A DNA stretch of 64,000 bases from Hypanus sabinus. Lineage: Eukaryota. The first letter of the stretch is position 1. Each line of letters begins with the position of its first letter. This document shows positions 34,401-46,200 of this stretch, piece by piece. The notes beneath the pieces are model-generated. The model worked only from the letters and a program-made list of their open reading frames with translations. It ran no database searches and was not told where the DNA came from. Made by a program: the position numbers and the translations under genes. The DNA lies in assembly GCF_030144855.1 (NCBI RefSeq), contig NC_082712.1, forward strand, positions 130,200,001 to 130,264,000, given 5' to 3'.

Positions 34401-37400
34401 CTGATCACCTAGGATTTTCACACACAATAATATCTAGAATTTACAGAGAATGTTGAAAATAACAAAAAACACCCAGTCAGCGGCAGTTCTATAGGTGAAG
34501 ATGCCTTGTTAATGAGAAAAGCCAGAGGAGAATAGCCAGACTGGATTAAGAGAACAGGAAGGCGACAGTAACTCAAATAACCACGTTACTACAGTGGTGA
34601 GCAGAAGAGAATCTCTGAACACACAACACATCTAACCATGAAATGGATGGGTTACAGAGGCAAAAGACCAAAAACATAAACTCTTGATCAGTCTGCATTT
34701 TTCTCTTTGCACAAACATACCGGTGTAGCTAACAAAGTGGCTACTGAGTGTAATCAAGTGAGACAAGGGGTGGGTTAGTATACAGGCAGAAGCTTATAAA
34801 CAGCTTTAGCAGATCATGTCAAATCTTTTAGACAAGATTCTGGTATTCGTGCACAGGGACTTAGAAGTCCTTGTGCAAGACTCCCAGAAAGTTAATTTAC
34901 AAGTTGAGTCTGTGGTAAAGGCAGCAAATTCAATGTTGGCATTTATTTCAAGGGGAGGAGAACCTAAAAGCAAAGAGATAATGCTGAGCCTTTATAAGAC
35001 AATAGTCCCACTGCACTTGTAATACTGTCAACAGTTTTGGGCCCCATATCTCAGAAAGGATGTGTTGTCATTGGTGAGTCCAGAGAGATATTTCTGGGCC
35101 TTGCTGGAATTTGGAAGGACCATGGGGGATCTCATTGAAACCTACTGAATGTTCACAGGCCTAGACAGAGTAGATGTGGAAAGGATGTTTCCCATGGTGG
35201 GAGAAACTAAGACAAGAAGGCACAGTCTCAGGTTAGATGGGTGTTCATTTAAAACAGAGATGCAGAGGAAGCTCTTTAGTCAGAGGGTGGTGAATTTGTG
35301 GAATTTATTACCAAATTCAGCTGTGGAGTCCAGGTTGTTGGGTGTATTTAAGACAGAGATTGATAGGTTCTTGATTTACCACAGCATCAAAGGATACTGG
35401 GAGTAGGCTGGGGAATGGGGCTGAGGAGAGGAAAAGGATCAGGCATGATTAAATGTCAGAGCAGACTCGATGAGCCAAATGGCCCAATTCTGCTCCTATG
35501 TCTAATGGAATATTTATTCATTTTTCACGAGATGTAAAAAAAATCAAAACCAATATCTTCAGCGAAATTTTCCATTTTCAACTGATGATATCACTAAAAA
35601 GTATCCACTTTCTATTTTCTATCAATTTTACAAATTTACTATCACATAATCTTGGATAGGATCTGTGTATATTTTAAAACAATGGAAATTTACATAGTTA
35701 CAAGAAGTACTTTGGACTGTAATTATTAATGTTGCATATATAAAGAGATGAACTAATTAATTTGATTTATTCAAAGGAAACTTTAGATATTTCAGGTAGT
35801 TTAAGGACCTGAAATTCTTCTGAACCATGCATTTCAGATAATCACTTTCTATTTCCAGGACTCTGATTAAGAGTAAAGTAACATTTTTTGACTTTTTTCA
35901 GTAAAGGTACATAAGAAAAAAACACCATATGCATGCTGGGCCAAACAAGCATAATCTTGCTTCACCTTGTTACTGTAACTACTAAATTCATTGCAAGTAG
36001 CTTTTATACATTAAAATCACATGTTACTACATGTAAAGACTCTTACTCTTTATTCAGCCCTTGCTTGGACATCCATGATCCCCTGTACTTGTTAGCTTTG
36101 CAGGTTACTACATGTTCAGATCTTAAGACTTTGGTTCAAAACCCCAGGTTTGAATGTTGAGAAGAACTTAAATGAATCTGGCTGGGAAATTTGACACAGT
36201 ATGAATACAGCAGTGGATGAGGAACAGACAAGTATGGAAGAAAAGTGAAGTGAGACTGGGAAAAGGAATACTAAGTAGGGATAGGGGGACAGTTAAGGTG
36301 AGGAACAGAATAATGTTAAAGAAAAACTACAATGAGGAGAGAGCATATCTAGGAAGTTATTCAAATGAGTTCATATCGACACGGTTCAGAAAAATAAAAG
36401 GATACAAATCACTTTTCTGGGGACAGCTCCAGGGTTCCAAATAATCAGCAGCTTACTGAGGAACAGATATGCAAGGAAAATCATAGTGAAAATATAAGAC
36501 CATAAGATATAAAAGCAAAATTAGTCCATTTAGCCCATCAAGTCTGCTGCACTATTCCATCATGGCTGATATATTACCGGAAATTGGAGAATTCAATGTT
36601 CATACCACCAGGCTGGAGGCTAGCCAGAAGGTAGATGAGGTGTTGCTCCTCCAACCAGAGTTTGGCCTCATCATGGCAGTAGAGGAGGCCATGTATGGAC
36701 ATATCTAGATGGGAATGAGAGGCAGAGTTGAAGTGGGTGGCAACTGGGAGGTCCTGTCTATTGTGATGGATGGAGCGTAGGTGCTCAATGAAGTGGTCCC
36801 CCACTCTGCGTCGGATCTCGCTGATGTAGAGGAGGCCGCACCGGGAGCACTGGATTCAATAGACGACTCCAGCAGACTCGCAGGCGAAGTGTTGCCTCAC
36901 CTGGAAGGACTGTCTGGGGCCTCGAATGGTGGTAAGGGGGGAGGTGTGGGGACAGGTGTAGCATTTGCATCTGACCAATGTCTTACAAAGCCTCCGCATT
37001 ACATTCCTGCTTTTATATTCAAGTCCTGTTAGGGATTTAAATGTTCACAAATTCTCTGCTATTATCTGCTTTAATGTAGTGGCAGGTAGGATTTTTTGAA
37101 AGTGCATTCAGGAGGATTCTAAGAGCCAGTAGATAGACCTGTGACTGAAGGGGCAAAACTGGATCTAATTTTTGGGGCGGTGAGAACATTTATGAGATAC
37201 TGAGTTTTAAGATTGTTACAGAAAAAGGCAAGGGTATATCAGAATTTAAGCTCCTGAACTGGGGCATGGCTAGAACTCATACATCAGTTTTTGTAAAGAC
37301 ATGTGTATTCCAACAAAAACCTTCTGCACATTCAATAACAACAAGCCCTGGTTCACATCACAACTCAGGCAGCTTCGTCGGGTGATGGAGGAGGCATACA

Positions 37401-40400
37401 GGAGGGGACAGGATTCTGTACAAACGAGCCAGGAAAACACTGACAAGGGAGATTAAGGCAGCAAAGAAGTGCTACATTGGAAAACTGCAAAACAGGTTTT
37501 CAGACAATGACCCAGTGTCAGTGTGGAAGGGGCTCCAAGAGATCACCAACTACAAGAAACCATTCCCTCAGGCTGTGGAGAACCATCAACTGGCTGACGA
37601 TCTGAACAAGTTTTATTGTAGATTCAACAGCTTCATTCCCTCCAGCCAAAACACAGACCTACCTGCAACCGCCATCATCGATCACCCTGACATCTTACTT
37701 TCCGCTTTCTCACCCCACATTACAAAAACTGCTCCCCCTACCCAACTTCACTTCAGCTCCCTTGTACCTGCACTTAGGATCTATGAGAGGGAGGTGAGTC
37801 AGCTGTTCCGGAGGCAGAAGACCAGGAAAGCACCAGGCCCAGAAGGTGTGTCGCCCTCCTGCCTGAAGACCTACACTGATTAGCTGGCCCCCATTTACAC
37901 ACGGATCTTCAATAGAGCACTGGAGCTGTGTGAAGTCCCTCATTGCTTGAAGCGCTCCATTATCATTCCAGTCCCTAAGAAACCCACTATCGAGGGACTA
38001 AATGACTACAGGCCAGTTGCTTTGACATCCGTGGTCATGAAGTCCTTTGAGAGACTAGTGTTGGCTCACCTGAAGGACATCATAGGCCCCCTGCTGAACC
38101 CTCTGCAGTTTGCTTATCGGGCAAATAGGTCAGTGGATGATGCAGTCAACATGGGACTGCATTACATTCTACAACACCTGGACAACCCAGGAACTTCTGT
38201 GAGGGTCCTGTTTGTTGACTTCAGCTTGGCATTTAACACCATCGTCCCAGAAATCCTCCACTCCAAACTCACCCAGCTTACTGTCTCCCCCGCCATCTGT
38301 CAGTGGTTCACAAGCTTCCTGACTGACAGGGTACAGCAAGTAAGGCTGGGGAGCATCATCTCTAGCACCTGGAAAATCAGTACCGGTGCCCCCCAGGGAT
38401 GTGTGCTCTCCCCACTGCTCTTCTCCCTTTACACTAATGACTGCACCTCACAGGATCCATCTGTTAAACTCTTGAAGTTTGCAGACAACACAACTGTCAT
38501 TGGCCTTATCCGAGACAGTGATGAGTCTGCATACAGACGGGAGGTGGAACGGCTGGCCCTCTGGTGTGGTCAGAACAATCTGGAGCCAAATACGCTCAAG
38601 ACTGTGGAGATGACAGTGGACTTCAGGAGGAGCCCCCAATACTCCCCCCACTCACTATACTCAACAGTATTGTGTCTGCTGTGGAGACCTTCAGATTTCT
38701 GGGATTCACAATCTCCCAGGACCTGAAGTGGACACCCAACGCGGACACTCTTATCAAAAAGGCTCAGTAGAGGTTGTATTTCCTACGTCAATTCAGGAAG
38801 TACAACTTGCCTCAGGAGCTACTGTTTCAATTCCATTTAGGAATAATCCAGTCTGTTCTCTGTTTGTCCATCACTGTCTGGTTTGGATCAGCTACCAAAC
38901 AAGACAAGAATAGACTCCAAAGAGCTGTCAGGGCTGCAGAAAGGATTATTGGTGTTAAGCTGCCCTCGATCCAGGACTTATATGCATCTACAGTGAGGAA
39001 GCGAGCAAGCAGCGTTATTGTAGACCCATTACACCCTGGACATCACCTGTTCCAACTCCTTCCTTCTAGTAGGCGTTTTAGATCACTGTATGCCAGGACA
39101 AATAGGTACAAGAACAGTTTCTTTCCATATGTCATCAGTCTTATGAACACTTGAATTTTAGTCTAATATAAATCAAGTCCACCTGTACATTCAATAAGGT
39201 GGACCTCATTGTATGTAGTTTATGATTATTTGCACTATTGTTTTGTTTGCTTTTAATTCTGTCCAGAGAGAGCTCAGGGAAACCAGCATCAAATTCCCTG
39301 TATGTGTCCTCATACTTGGCGATAATAAAGAATTCTGATTCTGAAAGGGGACAACCTGGCAAAGTAGATTGTGAGCAGCTATGTGCAGTTAAGCTCACAA
39401 CCAGTGTGAGCCATTCAAAAATTAAACAGTGAGAACCCAAGGTTAATTTGTTTACTTGTGTTCCCCTAATGGTGAAGGACAAAGCAAACAAGTAAAAGGG
39501 ATCATGGATATCAAATCAAGGGCTGAATAAAGAAAATAAGGGTACCTTGTGCAGGTTTAGAGAACTGAAAACAGGTCAGAGAACTGAAAACTACAGTACA
39601 GAACATTTAGGGGGAAACTTCAAAGTAATTATGAGGCAAAAAGAAATCGCAACATGGCAATGACAGGTTATGCAAGTCCCTAAGCATTTTCCAATTATAC
39701 AAAGGGCAAAAAGGTAAACTGGGAAATGGAATAGTCCATTAGAAACCAAAGAGATAATCTGAGTATGGAGCCAGAGAAACTGGTGGTAGCAGAACATATG
39801 ATTGACTTCAATGGCACAAAACTACTGTGCCATGCCAATGGCTTTTGGGACCGCCTGGTGAAGGAAACCATTGAAATAAAACTAGAGAAAAATAACTTTA
39901 ACAAAGATGAAGGTCTTGCTCTAAGAAAGAACTGGAATTTGATGATAAACAAGGTGGGACAACGAAAACCTGATTGGATGGAAACTAACCAATCAGGAGT
40001 GACAGACAACGGGGGTATATATAGCATCAGACTAGTTATGCCTAGGCATTATCCCTGATAAAGATAGTAGAGCGTGTCATTGAAACATTGGTGAAACTGA
40101 TATGTGTACCCAGCTGGAAGCCCAAGAAGAGCTTATTTGATGAAGGTGAGATTTCACATTAATTCTTCCAATCTGTATTCACAGTAGAAAAAGACATTGT
40201 ATTTGGGAATTCCAGGGTGGGGGATAGCAGAGTTCTGAAACAAATTGCAACTGAAATTACCATTTTACGTCTTAGCAGGTTTAACAGTGGAGAAATCCCT
40301 AGGGATCCAAGACCACTAAAGACAAGATTGCTGGTGCTCTGACAAAAATTTCAAATCTTCTCTGGCCACACTGGAGCATTCTATGTGGTACCCTAATTTA

Positions 40401-41847
40401 GGAAGGGCAGTAAGTATGTAGCAAGTAATTAGAGGCAGGGTGCAGCACTGGCTGTAGGGAAATAGTTGTAGAAAAATATTAAGGACAACTTCAATCTGAA
40501 CTTGAGATGCAGTGATTGATCAAGGTTAGTCAGTGTGGCAGTATTAAGCAGGTGTCTTGTCTGACTAATTTGATTTTCTCCCCGAGAAGGTGATTAAGGT
40601 AGTCGTGTTGATATGCTCTGCATGGACTTCAAACTGATTTTTGAATGAGGTTCCACAGGGAGATTCATCTGAAAGATTAAAAGCCCATGGGGTTGAGGGC
40701 AATTTAGCAAATTAAGCCTGAAATTGCTTTGGTGGTAAGAAACAGATGATGTTTGGAAGTTCTGGTAGTTTAATGAAGTGATCAATGCTGGGCCACTTAC
40801 TGTTTCCTCTTGACAATCTGGATGAAAATGCAGAGAAGTGATAGTATGTTTGTAGTTGACACAAAGATTGGAAGCTTTGTTGATAGTGAGGTAGTTTTCA
40901 GCTCTAAACAATATTGAAGAGTTGGTAAAATTTAAACAGGTGAAATTAAACTCAGTAAGGGTCTTGTATTTCAAAATTATGAAGTCAAAAATGCTGAAGT
41001 GGTGGAATTGAGGAGTACAAATTATGAGGGGCAATAAGAAATCTTGCTCTTTAGTAAGCATTTTTGAAAATTTAATGTTAGATCTGGTAACATCAGACTG
41101 CACTACCTTTCTCTCAAAGGGAGCCCCAGTGAGTCACCCTGTTGTCTAGTAACAACATAGATTTAAGTTAAGAGATTTAGAGGAGAGACACATTGAAGAG
41201 AAGAAAATACCTAGAACTCACTGCTGAGGCAGGGCAGATAGTGACCACTTAAATATTTGGATCACCGCTTGAAATATTACAGCATAGAATGTTTAATATA
41301 ATTAATATAGTTAGGTAATGGCCAATCATGAACATAATAGGCAGGTGGGTCCGTTTCTATTCTGCATGAAGGCACAATTAAACTGAAACTGGGTGATTGA
41401 GAATTAATTTTAACCCAAGTATTCACTTGAGGGTGTTCAGCCACCCAAACTTGTTCTTGCCATTCAGTTGCTTTAACTCTGAGTCTTGCAACAATTTATT
41501 ATTTTATTTAAAATAATAATCTAGATTCGGCTTTTAAGGGACTGTTTTAGATTTTCTTGAGTCTCCGTGTTCTTGAATACTGTACTTCAGTTTCAATGTC
41601 TAGAATCGGTTACGTACTCCCTTAGTTAATCAATCTGTTAAATTTATCTATCTATCATTAAACTTTCCGAAAGCGGGGGGGGGCGCAGGCCGGATATATC
41701 AAAATTTGAAACGTTAGCCCCCGGTGACATTCAGGTGAAATGACCTGTCAACCTCACCGTCGCTAGTGAACAGAAACTTGAATGCTAAGTTGCTTCCTGA
41801 GTATTTTTGTTGTTGAAGGTTTTACTCACATTGCGCACAATCGACAT
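31307..41847 (-). CDS. SDHAF2: SDHAF2 succinate dehydrogenase assembly factor 2 (Sdh5); complement(join(31307..31437,32473..32582,33616..33833,41830..41847)), 158 aa
   Basis: Translation MSIVRN|[73 protein letters not shown]|[36 protein letters not shown]|[43 protein letters not shown]. It contains the Sdh5 hallmark [16 protein letters not shown] and NDWDIYYW, all introns are GT-AG, and the N-terminus is Arg-rich like a mitochondrial presequence. Confidence 0.96.
32473..32582 (-). CDS. SDHAF2: SDHAF2 exon 3 (110 nt)
   Basis: catttcag| acceptor, G|GTTTGT donor; within ORF 32414..32674; encodes [17 protein letters not shown]. Confidence 0.96.
33616..33833 (-). CDS. SDHAF2: SDHAF2 exon 2 (218 nt)
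   Basis: cttgttttctatag| acceptor, AG|GTAAAA donor; encodes IPLPPW...[17 protein letters not shown]. Confidence 0.96.
33892..34750 (+). mobile_element. Internally deleted Tc1 element with both TIRs, in SDHAF2 intron 1; carries a SINE
   Basis: TA-cacgcaatggccaatttattagg ... ctaacaaagtggctactgagtg-TA; N-terminal transposase remnant only. Confidence 0.8.
33960..34235 (-). mobile_element. tRNA-derived SINE
   Basis: Minus strand has A box tggtgtagtggtta and B box ggttcaattcc; homologous to 57265-57535. Confidence 0.75.
34845..35500 (+). mobile_element. CR1 LINE 3' fragment
   Basis: ORFs 34816..35022 and 35149..35406 ([10 protein letters not shown]). Confidence 0.8.
36574..36970 (-). mobile_element. 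Penelope-like GIY-YIG fragment
   Basis: ORF 36574..36804 is highly similar to 29133..29522 ([25 protein letters not shown]). Confidence 0.88.
37273..39343 (+). mobile_element. Rex1/Babar-like non-LTR retrotransposon, 5'-truncated, RT nearly intact; antisense in SDHAF2 intron 1
   Basis: ORFs 37515..37883, 37947..38726 ([35 protein letters not shown]) and 38774..39154; tail aataaag-aattctgattctga. Confidence 0.92.
39765..40140 (+). mobile_element. Second Penelope-like family, C-terminal fragment with a degenerate hammerhead core
   Basis: VAEH...[20 protein letters not shown], followed by cCTGATAA...GAAAC. Confidence 0.7.
41830..41847 (-). CDS. SDHAF2: SDHAF2 coding exon 1 (MSIVRN)
   Basis: aagATGt start; donor AAT|GTGAGT; phase 0 matches exon 2; located in the CpG-rich promoter. 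Confidence 0.8.
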
Positions 41848-42062
41848 CTTACAAACGTGGCAGAGCCCAGCGCAAAACGAAGCAGCAGGGCCAACCTGAG
41901 AACTGATAAGGGCCGAAAGCCTGTTCACTCTTCAGGACCGGAAGTGCATGGTGTCACATGCAATTGGGTCCGTATTGCCTCCGCAGTTTGGTTCGTCCCC
42001 GAAAGGCATCCGGTTGTTTAATTGTCCCTGTTCGCGCGGTACGGTGCGGCGCGGCTGGGGGA
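41848..42062. promoter_or_regulatory. Bidirectional SDHAF2/CPSF7 promoter with ETS/GABP site ACCGGAAGTG (41937-41946) and E-box GTCACATG (41953-41960)
   Basis: Divergent start codons 215 nt apart, CpG-rich, with a centrally placed consensus ETS motif. Confidence 0.82.
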
Positions 42063-42116
42063 ATGGCCGAGGGAGCTGACTTAATCGATATTTACGCGGA
42101 TGAAGAGTTTAATCAG
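42063..42116 (+). CDS. CPSF7: CPSF7 (CFIm59) first coding exon, MAEGADLIDIYADEEFNQ
   Basis: Matches recalled CPSF7 N-terminus (MSEGVDLIDIYADEEFNQ) and lacks the VG insertion of CPSF6. Donor CAG|GTGGGT. Head-to-head with SDHAF2, as in human. Confidence 0.92.
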
Positions 42117-44871
42117 GTGGGTGAGCACGAGTTCTGGAAGCAAGGGGAATAAAGAGTAGTGCAAAGTTTATGATAAGCGTGAGATTTAATGGAGTCTTGC
42201 TGGAAGAGAGTGGGCAGAAATTCAGAATCGTGGTCCAGGCCTTGGCTCGATTTTGAGAGCTTTGGATTGGAGGAGGGAGGGGGTTGTGAAGATCTCTTGA
42301 CTGGGCCGAATATTTTGCATCTTAAAATCGTCTTAGAGTATGAAGACTTTTGAGACGGAGAAATTTTTGCATGTTGAAATAAGTCCTAGGGATTTGCTTT
42401 TAGCGAGCACGTTGGGAAAATTGGAATTGGATCTGGATTTATTGTTGATAATTTCTCATAAAGAAATTATCTGATCGTTGGATTGTGAAGTTTAGACTTT
42501 CGGTGCTTTAAGGTTAGACATGACATATTGATGCATACTCTCGTAAGAAGCAATTTCGGAAACGAATAAAATGACACAATAGACATCTGAAAGTAAGGTG
42601 TTGACAAAGAGCTTAAACCAAGAGCTTAAAAAGGGCAAAAGTGACTTAACTGTTCAGATTTTCACCAATGAGATGTATTTGTTAGTTGATTATACGGTGT
42701 GTTAGTTTGTCTGTGTACTTGGCAGCAGGTTTGCATTGCAACAAACAGTTATTTTTGATCATTCCAAACGTCGTTCAGTGTGTTCGGATGAGGCTAGGGT
42801 AGGATTTGTGGTACTAAAAAGGGGGGAAATTAACACTTTCTTCTGAAATGAAACGAAAAGAAGCTGCAAAGTTTATATTTGAATATCTGTCTATCTAAGA
42901 ACATTATTGGTAGTTTAGATGAAGAACATTTGTTTGTAGTGAAGGCAAAGTCACTGTAAACAAATTTAATACCTTTACTTTGAGGGGTGTTCTTAAACTT
43001 GGCGCCCTCTTGGTAACTTTGGCCTTTGTGAGTTAGGGTTAGTAAATAGCAGCATTCATAAATATACCATGACATTATTCCAAATCAACACCAAAAAAAG
43101 CAGCCCAGGCAAACTCACTTTCCACTATTCAGTCCTTCACTCTGCAGGTCATCGCTCTTCAAGTACATGCTACATATATCACAGAGATTTAAAAATAAGG
43201 AAGTCTGCATCTAGTAATGCCTTACTAGGCAGCATGAGGCTTGCTTACGGTACTGAGCTAGTTCAACCATGCTGGATGTCTGTTCAGTGCAGCTGTAAGA
43301 AATATGGATGGAGGCAGGTCAGGGGAGATCTGGTTTGTGCTGTGAAAGTGACCGCCATGTGGCAATTTGAGTAAAAGTGCCTTGAATGCTGATTTTTTTA
43401 AAAAGTAAGATTATAGGCAGAACATGACACCATAAATAAAATGATACTCATAATTAACCATGACTCTAACCCATTGACAATATTTTTTATTAATAGTGAG
43501 TTAGGTTTTAGAACAGTACATTTGCTTTCAAGCAAGTTATTTATCAGTTCGTTGTACAATTCCATGATGAAAGAAGCAATCGTAAGTCATGAGAGAAGTT
43601 TGGTAACTTTTTAGTTTTCAGGGATCAGCCAAATAGATCACAGATTTTTCTCCGGTTCTCTGTTTTACTGTGTTCTTAAGACTTAATCAATTGAAATATA
43701 AATTGGGGGGCTGTAGGCTACTGTCTTATTTTCTCAGAAGTAAATCTAAATAGGGGCATGCAAACTGTGTATAACCATGTTTATTTTAAGTTGAAGACTG
43801 CGCAAGAAATGTTTCAGATGTCCACAGCAGGGAGATCTTAGCTTAAAAACTCTTGGGCTACAGACAGAAGTGTTATGGAGACATAGGGGCATATAGAAAG
43901 TTAATTCATTTACCCAGTAACATTTCTATATCTAAAACTATCAGTATGAACATGCCTTGGTGTACAGATTTATAATTTGTCAATTAACAACAGACTCGTC
44001 CAATTTTCTAGCTGCTTAAAATTCAAACAGGTCAAATTATGTCTGAAATATAATCTCAGGATTCAGCTGGCTGGGCATCAAAGGCAAATTTATCTGAATT
44101 CCCAGTTCCACCCATTTCAAACCTGTAGTACTTTTACTGACAGTAATGCCTGTTGGACAAGCAGTGTTATGGACATGTGACAGAGATGAAGACTGTTTTA
44201 GGCTTGATAACTCTGTTACTTAAAAGAGAGTCGTGCGTTTATATACAACCTTCTCATGTCACGATCACCCAAACCTGGGATCTCCTGAAATATTATAAAC
44301 AGTGAAGTTTCTTTTTGTAATCTAATTACTGGTGTTAAGCAGGAAACGTGGTAGTTACTTGTACTCCCACAATCAACAATGTGTCAATATCCAGCAAATT
44401 CAAGAATATCTGCACATGCTGGAAAACCAAGCAACACACCCAAAATGCTGGAGGAACTCGGCAGTCCGGGCAGCATCTATGGAAATGAATAAACAGTCGA
44501 CTTTTCAGACTGAGACCTTGATGAAGGGTCTCGGTTTGCAATGTTGACTGTTTACTCAATCTCCAGCTAATCTATTTTTGATAAATTGAGTGAGGTACGA
44601 ATCATGGCTGTGAAAATAGGAATAACTATCCTCAAATTTTGAAGTAAATTTATTGTTAAAGTACGTATATGACACCATATACAACCCTGAGATTCATTTT
44701 TTTGCGAGCATTCAACTGCATCCAACAGAACGGACAAGCAACCAAAGTACAAAAGACAATAAACCATGCAAATACAAAAAGTAATAATAATAAATAAGGT
44801 GATAGGCAGATGAGAAGGTGCCAGAGTGAGGAATAGAAGCAGTGGGGAGGGAGAGGGGGAAGCAATTTATT

Positions 44872-46200
44872 TTACTGGTGCGAGAAACTGATGTTCCAGC
44901 CATCAGGCTGGAGGCTACTCAGATGGAATTTAAGATGTTGCTTCTCCACCCTGAGAGCGGCCTCATCATGACACAAGAGGATGCCATGGACTGACATGTC
45001 AGAACAGGAATGAGAATGAAAATTACAATGTTTGGCTATTGGGAAATTATTCTTTTGGAGGTAATGGAGCAGAGATGCTTGATGGAGCGGTCCCCAATTT
45101 ACGATGGGTCTCAGCAATGTGGAGGAGGCTGCATTGGTAGCACCGGACACAATAGACGACCCCAATAGATTCGCTGGTGCAGTGTTGCTTCACCTGGAAG
45201 GACCTTTTTGGGGCCTTTAATGGAGGCAAGGGAGGAGGTGAAGCACTTTGGCCACTTGTAGGGATAATTGCCGCGGGTGGAAGGTTGGTGGAGAGAAATG
45301 AATAGACGAGAATTGGAGGGAGTGATCTCTGTGGGAAGTGGAGGGGGGGGGGCGATGGTAAGGTATTTAGTGGTAGGATCCCTTTGAGGATGGCGGAAGT
45401 TGTGGAGGATGATGTGTTGGATGTGTAGGCTCATGGTATAGTAGGTAAGGACAAAAGGAACTCATCACTGTTAAGGGGGCAGGAAGATGGGTTAAGCGCG
45501 GATGTTCAGGGAATGGAAGGGATGCAGGTGAGGGCAACATCAGGGCGAGGAAAACCCCACCCTTTGAAGACGGGCGAAAGGAAAGCTGCATCCACAGAAC
45601 AGATTATGTGGAGACGAAGGAACTGAGGAAAGGGAAGAGCATTCTTACAAGAGACGGTACGAACAGGTATAGTCACGATAACCATAGGAATCAGTAGATT
45701 TATAAAAGATGTCTTTTGACAGTTTGTCTCCAGAGATGGAGACAGAGGGTCAAGAAAGGGGAGGAAGGTGTCAGAAATGGACCGAGTGAATTTGAGGGGA
45801 AGGTTAGAGACAAAGTTGGTGAAATTGACAAACTCAGCAAAGGTGCATGAAGAGGAACAATGCAGTCATCAATGTAGCAGAGGAAAGGTCGGGGAGCATT
45901 ACAGGGGAAGGCTTGGAACATGACTGTTCTACACAGCCAATGAAAAGGCAGGTATAGCTGGGGCCCACGTGGGTGTCCAAGGCTACCCCTCAAGTCTGGA
46001 GAAAGTGTGAGGAACCAAAGCAAAATTTACTGAGGGTGAGGACCAGATAAGTCAGGGTAGAGATTTCCAACCTCTTTTTATGCCATCGAGCTGAGGGGTC
46101 CATGAACATCAGGTCGGGATCAACTGTTCCTGGTGGTGGAGGGGAACTGCTTGGTTCTTCTGTTGAGAAAGAAGTGGAGAGCTTGAATGGAAGATTGAAG
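44872..46200 (-). mobile_element. Penelope-like RT + GIY-YIG remnant in the CPSF7 intron
   Basis: FLCYIDDCI RT motif (45700..46023); VVYCVRCYQCSLLHIAET; LSSLQPDG. Confidence 0.85.

Noticed and set aside
40594-41103. 169-aa minus-strand ORF as a novel gene
   Set aside because: Antisense to a decayed CR1-like remnant within SDHAF2 intron 1; no recognisable domain or supporting splice structure.
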